Assembly: GCA_002898395.1 (NCBI GenBank)
Contig: BEHE01000021.1
Coordinates: 1-23,855, forward strand
From: Candidatus Calditenuaceae archaeon HR02
GTDB taxonomy: Archaea; Thermoproteota; Nitrososphaeria_A; Caldarchaeales; Calditenuaceae
Direction of reading: 5' to 3'
DNA length: 23,855 nt
Shown here: positions 7,900 to 17,419 of the stretch, piece by piece
Layout of the letters: each line of letters starts with the position of its first letter
How positions within the stretch are numbered: the stretch's first letter is position 1
The notes under the pieces: generated by a model
The model's input: only the letters and a program-made list of their open reading frames with translations
Told to the model about the DNA's origin: nothing
Databases searched by the model: none
Translations under genes and position numbers: made by a program

Positions 7900-8825
7900 C
7901 TGAGCCCAGAACCTTCTCCCAATGGGCGCTAGAGGTTGCGAGGTGCTTTACCACTGGCCTCATCTTAGAAGCCGCAGCCTACCCCAAGCCTGGGCTCGTC
8001 GACCGCGTTAACCCACTCAGAGAACTAGACATTTTCAGGTTCTCCGCAAGCGCCACTTCACTCTACCCCCACTTCGCCAAGGCCGCAGCGATGGGGAGGA
8101 GGGGGAGGACGAGCGGTACTTTGGGACGGCTAGTCTTTGAGGCTGTGAGGGAGACGCTGAGAGTTCAGGCGGGTGGAAACACTCACCTCGGCGCGGTACT
8201 GCTGACTATACCCCTCGCAGCTGCAGCTGGAAGCCTCGATGGAAGGATTGTAGCTAGAGACTTGAGACGCGCCGCTGTCACGGTAGTCAAAGGCCTAGGC
8301 GCTCTCGACACCATCCACATCTTCAAAGCGATAGAGTATGCTAGGCCAGGCGGCCTCGGCCGCGTCCCATTCCTAGACGTCACAAGCCAAGAAACCTACG
8401 AGTATCTGAGAAGACATAGAGTGGGGCTTTTAGAGGCTCTTGAGCCATATCGTGGGAGGGATATGGTGGCTGATGAGCTCATCGGAGGCTATCCGCTCGT
8501 CTTCGACGTCTCCCTGAAAAGGCTCGTGGGGTGGAGGGAGGAGGCAAGTTCCTTCGAGAAGGCGTGTGTTAATGCGCTGCTCGCCGTGATGGCCTGTAGG
8601 CCTGATACGCACATTGTTAGGCGTAGGGGGGTTGGTGTTGCCCGTATTGCACAGTCAATGGCTGAGACGGCTCTCGGCCTCGGCGGAGCCTCTACATCTG
8701 AGGGCCTGGAGGCTGTTTTAGAGCTCGACGGCTATCTTAGGCGTATCGACGCGAGGCCCGGGTCCTCTGCCGACGTCCTAGCAGCCTCTATAGGCGTTAC
8801 ACTATTGCTGGGTTGCAGGGTCTAG
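7896..8825 (+). CDS. citG: Triphosphoribosyl-dephospho-CoA synthase (CitG) family protein
   Basis: LEAAAYPKPGLVDR, GGNTHLGAVLL, PDTHIVRRRG, RPGSSADVLAA. GTG at 7896 overlaps the upstream stop (GTGA), so it is preferred over 7845. Confidence 0.85.
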   Translation: MTEPRTFSQWALEVARCFTTGLILEAAAYPKPGLVDRVNPLRELDIFRFSASATSLYPHFAKAAAMGRRGRTSGTLGRLVFEAVRETLRVQAGGNTHLGAVLLTIPLAAAAGSLDGRIVARDLRRAAVTVVKGLGALDTIHIFKAIEYARPGGLGRVPFLDVTSQETYEYLRRHRVGLLEALEPYRGRDMVADELIGGYPLVFDVSLKRLVGWREEASSFEKACVNALLAVMACRPDTHIVRRRGVGVARIAQSMAETALGLGGASTSEGLEAVLELDGYLRRIDARPGSSADVLAASIGVTLLLGCRV

Positions 8826-10961
8826 CTTCTCAAGCGCCTTCTTGATCTTACCTGCAATAGCCGTTCCGATGCCAGGTACCCTTGCAAGGTCATCGATGCC
8901 TGCCCTCTTGACGTCTTCAAGCGTCCTGAAGCCGGAGCGCCACAGCATTCTACCCCTGACGCGGCCTATGTCAGGGAGAGAGACAAGTTCTAGGAGCTCC
9001 TCCAAAACCCCGTGCCTCAGCCTCTCAGTCAATATCCTGTAGAAAGATGCGAGCTTTCTCCTACCCACCACCTCGAGGACGCTGGAGGCAGCGTAGGAGA
9101 TCCACTCAGCCCTCTCCCTAAGCGCTGCGAAGTCGCCCGGCTCCACATTAAACCTCTCATAGATCTCCCTCTCAGGTATCTCATTGACCCAGGCCCACAG
9201 AACCAGCGCATTCTTGAGACTATCGAGCTGTAGCTCATACTCCTCAGGATACTCCACAGGGTCTGGGAGCTTAACGAAGAGTTCCTCACCCACCTCGTCT
9301 AGGATACGCTTGACGGTAGAGGAGCGAATCCTCGAGACCCAGAGGTCTGACAGGTCTGGAGTGAGGCAGATTATCTGGAGGGCGCCCAGAGTGGAGAGAC
9401 TCTCAACCCCGGCCGTGTATTTTATGATCTCTACACAAGTTAGCGGGTCTATGTAGAGCTCTGAAACACGTGCCCCGAGCCTAGTCGCTTCCAAGCCGCC
9501 GTTAATGGAGATTAGGGAGTGGGTTTCGAGGAGTCGTAGGACAGAGCTTATCTTCTCCACAAGTCCCTGGGTGCCGAAGATGTGGGCGTAGAATGTCCTG
9601 CCGATGATCCTCCTCAATCCGAGCTCAGACCTGGCGAGGCCAGAGGAGATTAGGGAGAGTATGTGGCTTCGTAGGTGTTTCTCGCTGCCGAGGACAGAGT
9701 AGACCTTCTCCGGCATACCTTGGATATACTTTTCCATCAGATACTCGGCCTCAGTCCTGCTGCCAGCGACTAGTATCGAGTATCCTATGTCATCGTATAG
9801 CGGTCTCCCAGCCCTCCCGCAGAACTGTTTATACTCCGTCACGCTCAGGGCCCTCATCCCACTCCTCGAGTCGAAGCGGCGATACTCTGGTATCACCACC
9901 ATCCTCGCGGGCAGGTTGACGCCCGCGGCCAGAGTCGGAGTAGCACACAGCACTGGGATGACGCCCTCTCTGAAGGCGTCCTCTATCAGCCTCCTGTGAA
10001 TGTGCCCGAGGCCTGCGTGGTGGAAGGCAACGCCCCTCGAGACAAGTCTGGCCAGCCTCTCGGAGAAGGGAGACTCGGCCTCCTCCATCACCCGGCGCGA
10101 AGCGTCCTCCAGTCTCTCCCTGCTAGTGCTGTCAAGGAGGTTGAGGTTTACGAGGGTCTGTGCAAGCCTCTCCGCATAGCTCTCGGCCTTCCGCCTCGTC
10201 AAAGCAAAGACTAGGGCCTGACCACCATCAATGAGACACTCGGCCACAAGCCCGCTGATAGGGTCGGCTCCAGTCCTCAGCACACGCGTCTCGCCGTCTG
10301 AGAAGAAGATGCGGCCACCTTGGAGGACCCCCTCCCTAAGCGGAACGGGTCTGAAGTCGCTCTGGATTGGGACGGCTTCAAGCCACTCCGCTATGTCCTC
10401 TATATTCCTGACCGTCGCGCTGAGACATAGGATCTGCGGCGCCTCAAGAGTCTCGAGAAGCTTGGCTATCGTCATCTCGAGTGTGGGGCCGCGCTCCGGG
10501 TCGCCTATCATGTGGGCCTCGTCGACGACTATCAGCCCGATACTTGAGAGCCATTTGGCTCGGTGGCGTACGAGGCTGTCCGCCTTCTCATAAGTGGAGA
10601 CTATGACGTCGTTACTTCCTATCCATTCGCCTGGGTCGTCGTAGTCGCCTGAGACGGCCAGTACCCTAAACCCCGGGCCGTTCTCTGATAGGATCCTCCT
10701 GAACTCCACCGACTTTTCATAGGTCAGGGCCCTGAGGGGCGTAAGGTATAGTATCTTACGCCTATTCTCGAGGTGTCGGTGGGCTGCCATTATAGCTATG
10801 AGAGTCTTCCCAGAGGCGGTGGGTGAAGAGACCACGAGGTTTCGGCCCTGTAGGAGGCCTTTATGCAGCGCCTCGGCCTGAGGGGGGTAGAGGGTCTCTA
10901 TGCCCTCGCGCCTCAGGGATTCTCTAAGCCACTCCGGCAGTCCAGCCTCTTCAACCCTCAT
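8802..10961 (-). CDS. hel308: Ski2-like SF2 DNA helicase Hel308/Hjm
   Basis: LYPPQ, SPTASGKT, DEAH, LSAT, FHHAGL, ATPTLAAGVNLPA, QFCGRAGRP, C-terminal HhH (IGRVRGR; VPGIG). Confidence 0.95.
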   Translation of the reverse strand: MRVEEAGLPEWLRESLRREGIETLYPPQAEALHKGLLQGRNLVVSSPTASGKTLIAIMAAHRHLENRRKILYLTPLRALTYEKSVEFRRILSENGPGFRVLAVSGDYDDPGEWIGSNDVIVSTYEKADSLVRHRAKWLSSIGLIVVDEAHMIGDPERGPTLEMTIAKLLETLEAPQILCLSATVRNIEDIAEWLEAVPIQSDFRPVPLREGVLQGGRIFFSDGETRVLRTGADPISGLVAECLIDGGQALVFALTRRKAESYAERLAQTLVNLNLLDSTSRERLEDASRRVMEEAESPFSERLARLVSRGVAFHHAGLGHIHRRLIEDAFREGVIPVLCATPTLAAGVNLPARMVVIPEYRRFDSRSGMRALSVTEYKQFCGRAGRPLYDDIGYSILVAGSRTEAEYLMEKYIQGMPEKVYSVLGSEKHLRSHILSLISSGLARSELGLRRIIGRTFYAHIFGTQGLVEKISSVLRLLETHSLISINGGLEATRLGARVSELYIDPLTCVEIIKYTAGVESLSTLGALQIICLTPDLSDLWVSRIRSSTVKRILDEVGEELFVKLPDPVEYPEEYELQLDSLKNALVLWAWVNEIPEREIYERFNVEPGDFAALRERAEWISYAASSVLEVVGRRKLASFYRILTERLRHGVLEELLELVSLPDIGRVRGRMLWRSGFRTLEDVKRAGIDDLARVPGIGTAIAGKIKKALEKLDPATQQ

Positions 10962-10966
10962 AACCT

Positions 10967-12967
10967 CTACGCCAGCCTGTAGGCACCTGACTTGGGAGAA
11001 TAAATCCTACCTTCCGTTATCATCCGGTTGAGTATTCGATCAATCTCAGCTTTTGTGAGCCCCTGCTCCTGCAGCTCCTTCTTCAAAGCCTCATCATCGG
11101 CGTAGCCGTGCTGCTCCTGCAACTCCCTAATCACGTCTAGGACAAGGCTCAGCTTCTCTCGCACACTCCGAGGCTTCCCAGTCATGATGACATCAATGTC
11201 GGGCCTCCCAGTCTCAACGTCTATCCCAACTTCTGAGAGGCTCCTCTTCATGAGCCTAACAGCAACCTGTGCATCGTCAACAGTGACCACATTCCGGAGG
11301 CATGCCCTTGCACGGGCCTCTGCAAGCCTTATCAGGGATTCAAGCTGACGCGCAGTGATGGAGACAGTTGAGGTCTTCTCGTAGACAGCCCTCATCTGCA
11401 GGTAGAACTGCTGGAGAACCTCAGCGGCCTCCTGCGTCAGCGCAGGCTCTATCTTCTTGGAGTATGCAATGTATTTCTTCAGGATGTTTGGCGGGATGGG
11501 CGGCTCCTTCTTAACCCCTCCCTCTACGTGCAGGGAGACTATGTGGCTTGAGACCTTCTTATCTGCCTCTGGGCTCGGCTCATCCCTCAGGACGAAGATC
11601 AGGTCGAACCTCGAGAGGAGGGTTATTGGGAGGTTGACGTTCTCGTTGAAGGGCCTGTAGACGTCGTATCTCCCCAGCTCGGGGTTTGCAGCCGCGAGTA
11701 TGCTGCAGCGGGCGTTGAGTGTGGCGACTATTCCACCCTTAGCGATACTCACGGTCTGCTGGGCCATGACCTCGTGCATCGCCACCCTGTCCTCGGGCCT
11801 CATCTTGTCAATCTCATCAATCACGCATACCCCCATATCGGCTAAGACACTTGCACCCGCCTCCAGGACTAGACCACCACCCGCATCCCTAACAACTGCT
11901 GCAGTCAATCCAGCGGCAGTGCTCCCCCTCCCGGAGGTGTACACACCCCGGGGAGCTATCTGTGCAGCGTAGAGTAGTAATGTCGACTTGGCAGTCCCAG
12001 GATCTCCGACCAATAGGACATGCACGTCCCCTCTGACCCGGACTCCGTCAGGAAAGACCTTACTTCTCCCCCCGAACAGCAGTAGTAGGACCGCCTCTTT
12101 GATGTGTTCCAGCCCCTCAATCGAGGGTGCGACAGACTCTATCAGCCTCTGATAGTTTTGCGGGTCTGCAGCCATCTCCTTGAACATCCTCTCCTCTTCA
12201 GGCGTTATCAGGAGGGACTCCAGCTCCTTACCCCTAGGCTCAATCGAAACAGCGTCTAGGAAGACTCTCCGCGGTTGGGCCGCATGCTCACCCTGCTCAG
12301 CCGAGAGCATGAGTATGCCTGTTACAGTGACCCTGTCCCCCGGCGCCGCTACGTCTACAAAGTCGCCCTTGACCCTCACATCGACGATCCGCGGCAACTG
12401 TCCTGGCGGCAGGTCCTCAGGCTTCTCCTGGACGCCGAGTACCTGGAAATCGGCGAAGACAGAATCCTCCTCTACCAGCTCGAAGGAAGGTCTCTTCTCG
12501 AGGCATCTAGGGTTCTTGCACCGGGGCGGTGGCCTTGAGCCTTCAACTGTATAGAGGCTTCCACAGTATCGACACTTGAAGGCGCCACTTTCTAGCAAAG
12601 GCCGAACGGCTGAGGCCCTCACAACAATGCCATCCACGGCAATGAGCTTCCTGAGATGCTCTGAACGTATCTTCCTGATCGGGATTGACTCGGGGAGACC
12701 TCTGACCGCCGTCTTAAAAGACTTAACTAGGGAGGCATATTCAGGATACTCTAGCTCAAGCTGTTTGTATGCAGCGTTGTCGAGTAGTGGGAGGTAGTTG
12801 AGGGGCTCGGCCTGAACCTTCTCCGCAAAGTCCCTGTTGAATATCAAGAGGTCGCTGAAATCAACTGGGATCGTCTTTCGACCAGATACAACAGCCCTCG
12901 AGATCATGTCCCTATATTTCTCCTGCTTGAAGAAGCGGGCCAGCTCCTCTTCGATCGTCTCAGCCAC
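10967..12967 (-). CDS. mcm: Replicative helicase MCM
   Basis: Zn finger CRYC...CKNPRC, QEKPEDLPPGQLPR, Walker A GDPGTAKS, Walker B IDEIDKM, Arg finger SRFD, ITARQLESLIRL, C-terminal winged-helix region. Confidence 0.97.
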   Translation of the reverse strand: MAETIEEELARFFKQEKYRDMISRAVVSGRKTIPVDFSDLLIFNRDFAEKVQAEPLNYLPLLDNAAYKQLELEYPEYASLVKSFKTAVRGLPESIPIRKIRSEHLRKLIAVDGIVVRASAVRPLLESGAFKCRYCGSLYTVEGSRPPPRCKNPRCLEKRPSFELVEEDSVFADFQVLGVQEKPEDLPPGQLPRIVDVRVKGDFVDVAAPGDRVTVTGILMLSAEQGEHAAQPRRVFLDAVSIEPRGKELESLLITPEEERMFKEMAADPQNYQRLIESVAPSIEGLEHIKEAVLLLLFGGRSKVFPDGVRVRGDVHVLLVGDPGTAKSTLLLYAAQIAPRGVYTSGRGSTAAGLTAAVVRDAGGGLVLEAGASVLADMGVCVIDEIDKMRPEDRVAMHEVMAQQTVSIAKGGIVATLNARCSILAAANPELGRYDVYRPFNENVNLPITLLSRFDLIFVLRDEPSPEADKKVSSHIVSLHVEGGVKKEPPIPPNILKKYIAYSKKIEPALTQEAAEVLQQFYLQMRAVYEKTSTVSITARQLESLIRLAEARARACLRNVVTVDDAQVAVRLMKRSLSEVGIDVETGRPDIDVIMTGKPRSVREKLSLVLDVIRELQEQHGYADDEALKKELQEQGLTKAEIDRILNRMITEGRIYSPKSGAYRLA

Positions 12968-13483
12968 CTATCTCACCCCCAAGCCGATCGACTCGATCCA
13001 AGAATCAACAGCCCCCTTAACCCACAGATACAGCTCCCTCTCCTCTTCCACCATGTTACGGATTAGAGATGGATCGAGGCCACGCAGGGCGAAGGCTAGT
13101 AGTTTAGCCATCCTGAGCGAGACGATGTCGCGGTAAGCTTGTAATAGCGTCTTGTGTGACTCAGGGTCCTTCTGTCTCAACGATGACAGGGCGTAGATAA
13201 CGTTATAGTAGAAATTCTCGGGGAGCTCCACCAGCTCGGCTGGGCTTCTCCGCTCCCTCCAGAGAATCTGGGTCATCTTTGAAAGGTCTATGACGCCACC
13301 CACCGGCTCGGCTAGTCCTAATTCCCACAGCTTCTCCATCGCCCAGATCGGAAGAGTCACCTGCGACCCCTGCCTAAGGTCAGCTAACTCTCGGCCACCT
13401 ACTCTGAGCCGGGCAATGTCCCTAGTCAGCCTAACCCTAACGTGGGAGACAAGCTGCTCAATCCGGGCCGCGCCTTGTGGCAT
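12968..13483 (-). CDS. gins23: GINS subunit, Gins23 (Psf2/Psf3-like, B-A domain order)
   Basis: Abuts mcm, the typical position. N-terminal beta domain (VRVRLTRD...LPIWAMEKL), then ER...LVELPENFY and LRMAKLL...NMVEEERELY. Confidence 0.85.
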   Translation of the reverse strand: MPQGAARIEQLVSHVRVRLTRDIARLRVGGRELADLRQGSQVTLPIWAMEKLWELGLAEPVGGVIDLSKMTQILWRERRSPAELVELPENFYYNVIYALSSLRQKDPESHKTLLQAYRDIVSLRMAKLLAFALRGLDPSLIRNMVEEERELYLWVKGAVDSWIESIGLGVR

Positions 13484-13556
13484 ACCCTAAAAACGGTATG
13501 GGAGCTGAGTTATATCTGCCTATGGACACCTCGATGAAAGTAATCAATCCACGGTA

Positions 13557-14432
13557 TTACATGGGCCTAGCTTCAGCAACAGCCCTCTGGAAGAGCTTTA
13601 TAGTCAAGTCCCAGGGAGTTATTATCCCACGCCCATCATCCAGTATGCAACACTTGGCCTCGCTCGCGAGTAGGCGGTTTAAGACAGTCTCCAAGTTGTC
13701 CCCCGCACCAGCGAGTGCAGGTTCTTGGAGGAACTCAGCCAACTCGCCCAAAGGCAGGTTGAGAAGCCTTTCAGGGCTTTCACGGGCCAGCTCCATATTC
13801 TGAATCGACCCAAACAGGAATCTTATAATAGACCTATCACTCAAAATCTTGCGGCCGTCCTCGACAACCAGCCTCCTGACCCCCTTATTCAGCATCAAGT
13901 GGATGGATTCGAGGACCGTCTGGTCAATTCTAACAGATAGTACCTCAGGACCTGAGCGGATGTCGGATGCCAGATAGTTTCTGAGGATAGACCGTAGGGG
14001 CTTCTTAACGGCCATGTATCTGAGCACAGCCGAGAGACCGACCGCCTTTGGCCTAACGTCATTAATTAATGCAAGGCCAACCCCATAAGCCGACATCCTT
14101 TCGAAAAGCCCAGATAAGTCGTCACGCCTATCTAAAGAAGGCGCGGGACGCGATATCTCCCCCGAAGCCACCCTCATCACGTGCCTCCAAACATCACGAT
14201 CCCTGACAAGTAAACCCAGTATTTCACGCGCCGTTACAACACCTATTAAAGTATACTGCTCCCCTGATTGGCCATAGTCAGCGACAATCACACCGGCTGC
14301 CTCCTGAGAGGCCAGCAACGCAGCCGCCTCCAGGGCTGGCCGCCCGGAAGAAACGATAAAAGTAGACTCATATCCTTGGGAAAAACTCACTATCTCGTCA
14401 ACGGATACCCTATAGGCGTCAGGGACATTCAC
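13557..14432 (-). CDS. Tandem CBS-domain protein
   Basis: LIGVVTAREIL, TVLESIHLMLNKGVRRLVV, GIITPWDL. About four degenerate CBS motifs and no catalytic domain seen. Confidence 0.8.
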   Translation of the reverse strand: MNVPDAYRVSVDEIVSFSQGYESTFIVSSGRPALEAAALLASQEAAGVIVADYGQSGEQYTLIGVVTAREILGLLVRDRDVWRHVMRVASGEISRPAPSLDRRDDLSGLFERMSAYGVGLALINDVRPKAVGLSAVLRYMAVKKPLRSILRNYLASDIRSGPEVLSVRIDQTVLESIHLMLNKGVRRLVVEDGRKILSDRSIIRFLFGSIQNMELARESPERLLNLPLGELAEFLQEPALAGAGDNLETVLNRLLASEAKCCILDDGRGIITPWDLTIKLFQRAVAEARPM

Positions 14433-14661
14433 TGTTAATCGGGATAAACAGATTAAATTGCTCTACTTATTTTTTTCTTCCCATACGGATCGGGTCCGTT
14501 AAGTTGGTATTACTAAGATGCTGTTTGGCTGAATAAATAGCCCCGGCCATTGCCTATATTCGGTTTTAAGGCTTATAAATGAGCAACTCTTAATTAAAAC
14601 TCAACGATCCATACGGGTCATCCATAACTCTTAAACAATTAGGGGAGAGGGATGCCTGAAA

Positions 14662-17361
14662 GTGCTTAAATTTGCTCCGCATAGGGTGATTTACATGTGC
14701 GACGTGTCGAGGACTGGGGGTAGGGTCTCACACTACGTCTATGGAGCGTCTGTTGTAGTGGTCTTACTCCTCACCCTAGCATCTTTTCCATCCACTGCAA
14801 GAGCGCAGCCTCCACAGTGGAGCCTCCAAGTCTATTTTCTTCCACTGGGAGAACAGAGTCTCGGCGGAGAGGCCCGATGGCTCGACAGATACGATGACAA
14901 GTATTTTCCAGGCGAGACCGGCAACCTGACATTCCAGATAGTGAATACAGACTGTAGCTCGAGGGCTAGAGACCCCTATGTGCGTACTTTTACACAGAGG
15001 TGGGAGGATGAGCTGCGGCCCATCCTCGAGAGGCTTGATGCCATGAATAGGACTGGCTACATCTTAGGTTATGTAGTGGAGGATTCTAACGCTGTTGTCT
15101 ATGGTGATAGGAAGCTCGCGGACTGGGAGATTACTGTTGTCGGCCGATGCACTGGCCAGCCTATCCAGGTGGAGTCGGCCAAGATATGGTATGCCTGGCC
15201 CGGGTACGGGGAAGCCTTCAGCTCAACGATATCTCTGAAGAAGAAACTAGATGCCGTGGACCCCATCAAATACATCTTCGACGGCGAAGACAGAGGGGCG
15301 ACAATAGTATTCACCTTGCCGTTCAGCTTTCCCCCTGACATTCCACCACAGCTATTCGAGATGCAACCCATAATCACCCTCATGCTAAGATATCCCAGTG
15401 GATTCACCTACGAGTACAGGTACGGGCCCTTGGGCCCCGAAAGCCAGTGGTGGCTTTGGGGGCTGAAGGGTGCAGTATATGGGCCATTTAGGCTCAGCCC
15501 CTATAGAACCTTCAGCCTGAAAATAGCCGACCATGAGGGTGTAATCCCGCTTGGTGGAGCAAGACTTCTCCTTAAAGCACACATTTACACCTACTCTGTT
15601 AACCTAACGGCTGACAGTAGAGGTGTAGTACAGGTGAAGAGGCTTCCAGACTTTTACAGCTATGACGTGAGCATCACATACGCACCACCCCTCGTAGGTG
15701 AGGACATCACAGTCTACCGATCATCACATGATGCGATAGACCTAGCCTCGACGAGGATGATACACACAGCACTCTACACCCTCAGAGTCTATCCCATAGA
15801 CCTGGTCGGAAGACCACTCGAGAATGCTACAGTAGTATTGCAACTGGTTGAGGAGCTTCAGACAGGCAGGGTAGCCAGGGCCCTAAACCAGTCTAGCGGC
15901 GGTTACGCTAGCTTCTATCTTCTTCCGACTGGCAACTATTCAATCACAATCTTGTGGAGAGGAGTTGAGGTCTTCTCTACCCCGCGATATATAGGCTATC
16001 ACCCGACGCATGGATTTAGCGCACTCAGCTTCGAGGCGGAGACTATGGTTTCGGATCTGATTGCCTCGGCTGTGGACATGGCTGGAAATCCTGTTGGAGC
16101 AGTCTTTGATGTAAAGGGGCCAACCCGTGAGACGAGCTTCTCCAATCTTGCGAGGAGGGATGGCATACTGGTTATTCCCCAGCAACCCATCGCCACGTAT
16201 CTTGTATCAGCGATCAACGAGTCTGCCGCATTCAACTCGAGGGTAAGTGCAAGCTCAACTGTGATTCCAGGGGAGCCTGCAAAAATCAGTCTACCAATCT
16301 ACAGTGTTAGCATTAATATACTGTCAATGGACGGGAAACCAGTACCAGATGCGGAGATCACACTCCACACAATCCTGTTTAGTAGCGGACCATACGGCAG
16401 AATAACAATCCCCGGCGTTCCGAGGGGGACATACGGCCTAGCTGTACGCCATCAGAATGTCACTGTCTTCTCTGGGGAGGCGAGGATAGAGGGCATAACA
16501 GTCCTCGACATATATGTGCAGGTCTATGACGTAAATTTGACCCTCGTGGATGGTGACGGCTTACCCGTAGTGGTTGAATGGATCCTCAGCGGCCCCGGAG
16601 GCAGCTACAGTGGTACGGGAAGCAGGTTATACGCCCCTCTACTACCTGAAGCATCCCATAGGCTAACAGTCTATTTCCGCGAGGCGGGAAGGACGATACA
16701 GGCCCTTGACAGGGAGATACTACCATCGGAGTTCAGAGATAAGAACCTTACTCTACCAATAAGTACAGCAAAGTTAAGAGTCGTATGGGGTGATGGCGAA
16801 CTCTTCAATGGAACGATAGTACTTGACGGCGAAAGATACCCCGTCACCGGCGGAATACCCAGAATCGGAAAACTCGTCCACAGGACACTAAACATATCCC
16901 TGGAGACCGCGGGGGGCGTGGAGCTTCTCAGACGGGAGGTGCAGCACACAGGCAAAGAGATACAAATAGAAATCTCCCAGACATATATCACAGTAGTTGT
17001 GCAGGACGTGTTCCTGAGACCAGTTGAGGGAGCAAAAGCCCAAATCTACTCTCTCCGACGGCCGGGCCTATTGGTAGCGTCAGGAAATACTGGGAGCGAT
17101 GGAAAGGCATCATTCACTAAACTGCCTGAAGCCCTTGCACCATACCGGTTAGAGGTAAGATATGGAGGTGAAGTACTCGAGGCCTATGCGACGGCCGGTA
17201 TTATGAGATTCAGCCTAAACTCTCTCGTAGTCGGGGGAGTGGCAATCCCCGCCACCATGATCGTAGGGACTCTCGCGGTGGTGACGGCTCTGGCCCTGGT
17301 CGCCGCAATCATCGGTCGAGTTAGGGCGCGAATCGCTGAGAAGGGGGCTGAGGAGGAATAA
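14662..17361 (+). CDS. Large secreted, C-terminally membrane-anchored surface protein with carboxypeptidase-regulatory/prealbumin-like beta-sandwich repeats
   Basis: Signal peptide (VVVVLLLTLASFPSTARA-Q), about 7 repeats starting like 'V.D..G.P...A.V', many N-x-S/T sequons, C-terminal TM helix followed by a basic stretch. Start probably at or after ATG 14695. Confidence 0.8.
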   Translation: MLKFAPHRVIYMCDVSRTGGRVSHYVYGASVVVVLLLTLASFPSTARAQPPQWSLQVYFLPLGEQSLGGEARWLDRYDDKYFPGETGNLTFQIVNTDCSSRARDPYVRTFTQRWEDELRPILERLDAMNRTGYILGYVVEDSNAVVYGDRKLADWEITVVGRCTGQPIQVESAKIWYAWPGYGEAFSSTISLKKKLDAVDPIKYIFDGEDRGATIVFTLPFSFPPDIPPQLFEMQPIITLMLRYPSGFTYEYRYGPLGPESQWWLWGLKGAVYGPFRLSPYRTFSLKIADHEGVIPLGGARLLLKAHIYTYSVNLTADSRGVVQVKRLPDFYSYDVSITYAPPLVGEDITVYRSSHDAIDLASTRMIHTALYTLRVYPIDLVGRPLENATVVLQLVEELQTGRVARALNQSSGGYASFYLLPTGNYSITILWRGVEVFSTPRYIGYHPTHGFSALSFEAETMVSDLIASAVDMAGNPVGAVFDVKGPTRETSFSNLARRDGILVIPQQPIATYLVSAINESAAFNSRVSASSTVIPGEPAKISLPIYSVSINILSMDGKPVPDAEITLHTILFSSGPYGRITIPGVPRGTYGLAVRHQNVTVFSGEARIEGITVLDIYVQVYDVNLTLVDGDGLPVVVEWILSGPGGSYSGTGSRLYAPLLPEASHRLTVYFREAGRTIQALDREILPSEFRDKNLTLPISTAKLRVVWGDGELFNGTIVLDGERYPVTGGIPRIGKLVHRTLNISLETAGGVELLRREVQHTGKEIQIEISQTYITVVVQDVFLRPVEGAKAQIYSLRRPGLLVASGNTGSDGKASFTKLPEALAPYRLEVRYGGEVLEAYATAGIMRFSLNSLVVGGVAIPATMIVGTLAVVTALALVAAIIGRVRARIAEKGAEEE

Positions 17362-17419
17362 CATCTGTGAATCAGGTAGAAGGGTTAAATCTGATCCTAG
17401 TTGTTTAGGGTTCGGACCT

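Noticed and set aside
10967-12967. Intein or split in MCM (also checked for Hel308)
   Set aside because: Lengths are normal (666 and 719 aa), motifs are contiguous, and no intein termini are seen.
14481-14634. Short direct repeats CCATACGG (twice) and AACTCTTAA (twice) in the CBS/surface-protein intergenic region
   Set aside because: Only 8-9 bp with two copies each in AT-rich promoter DNA; not distinguishable from chance without orthologues.
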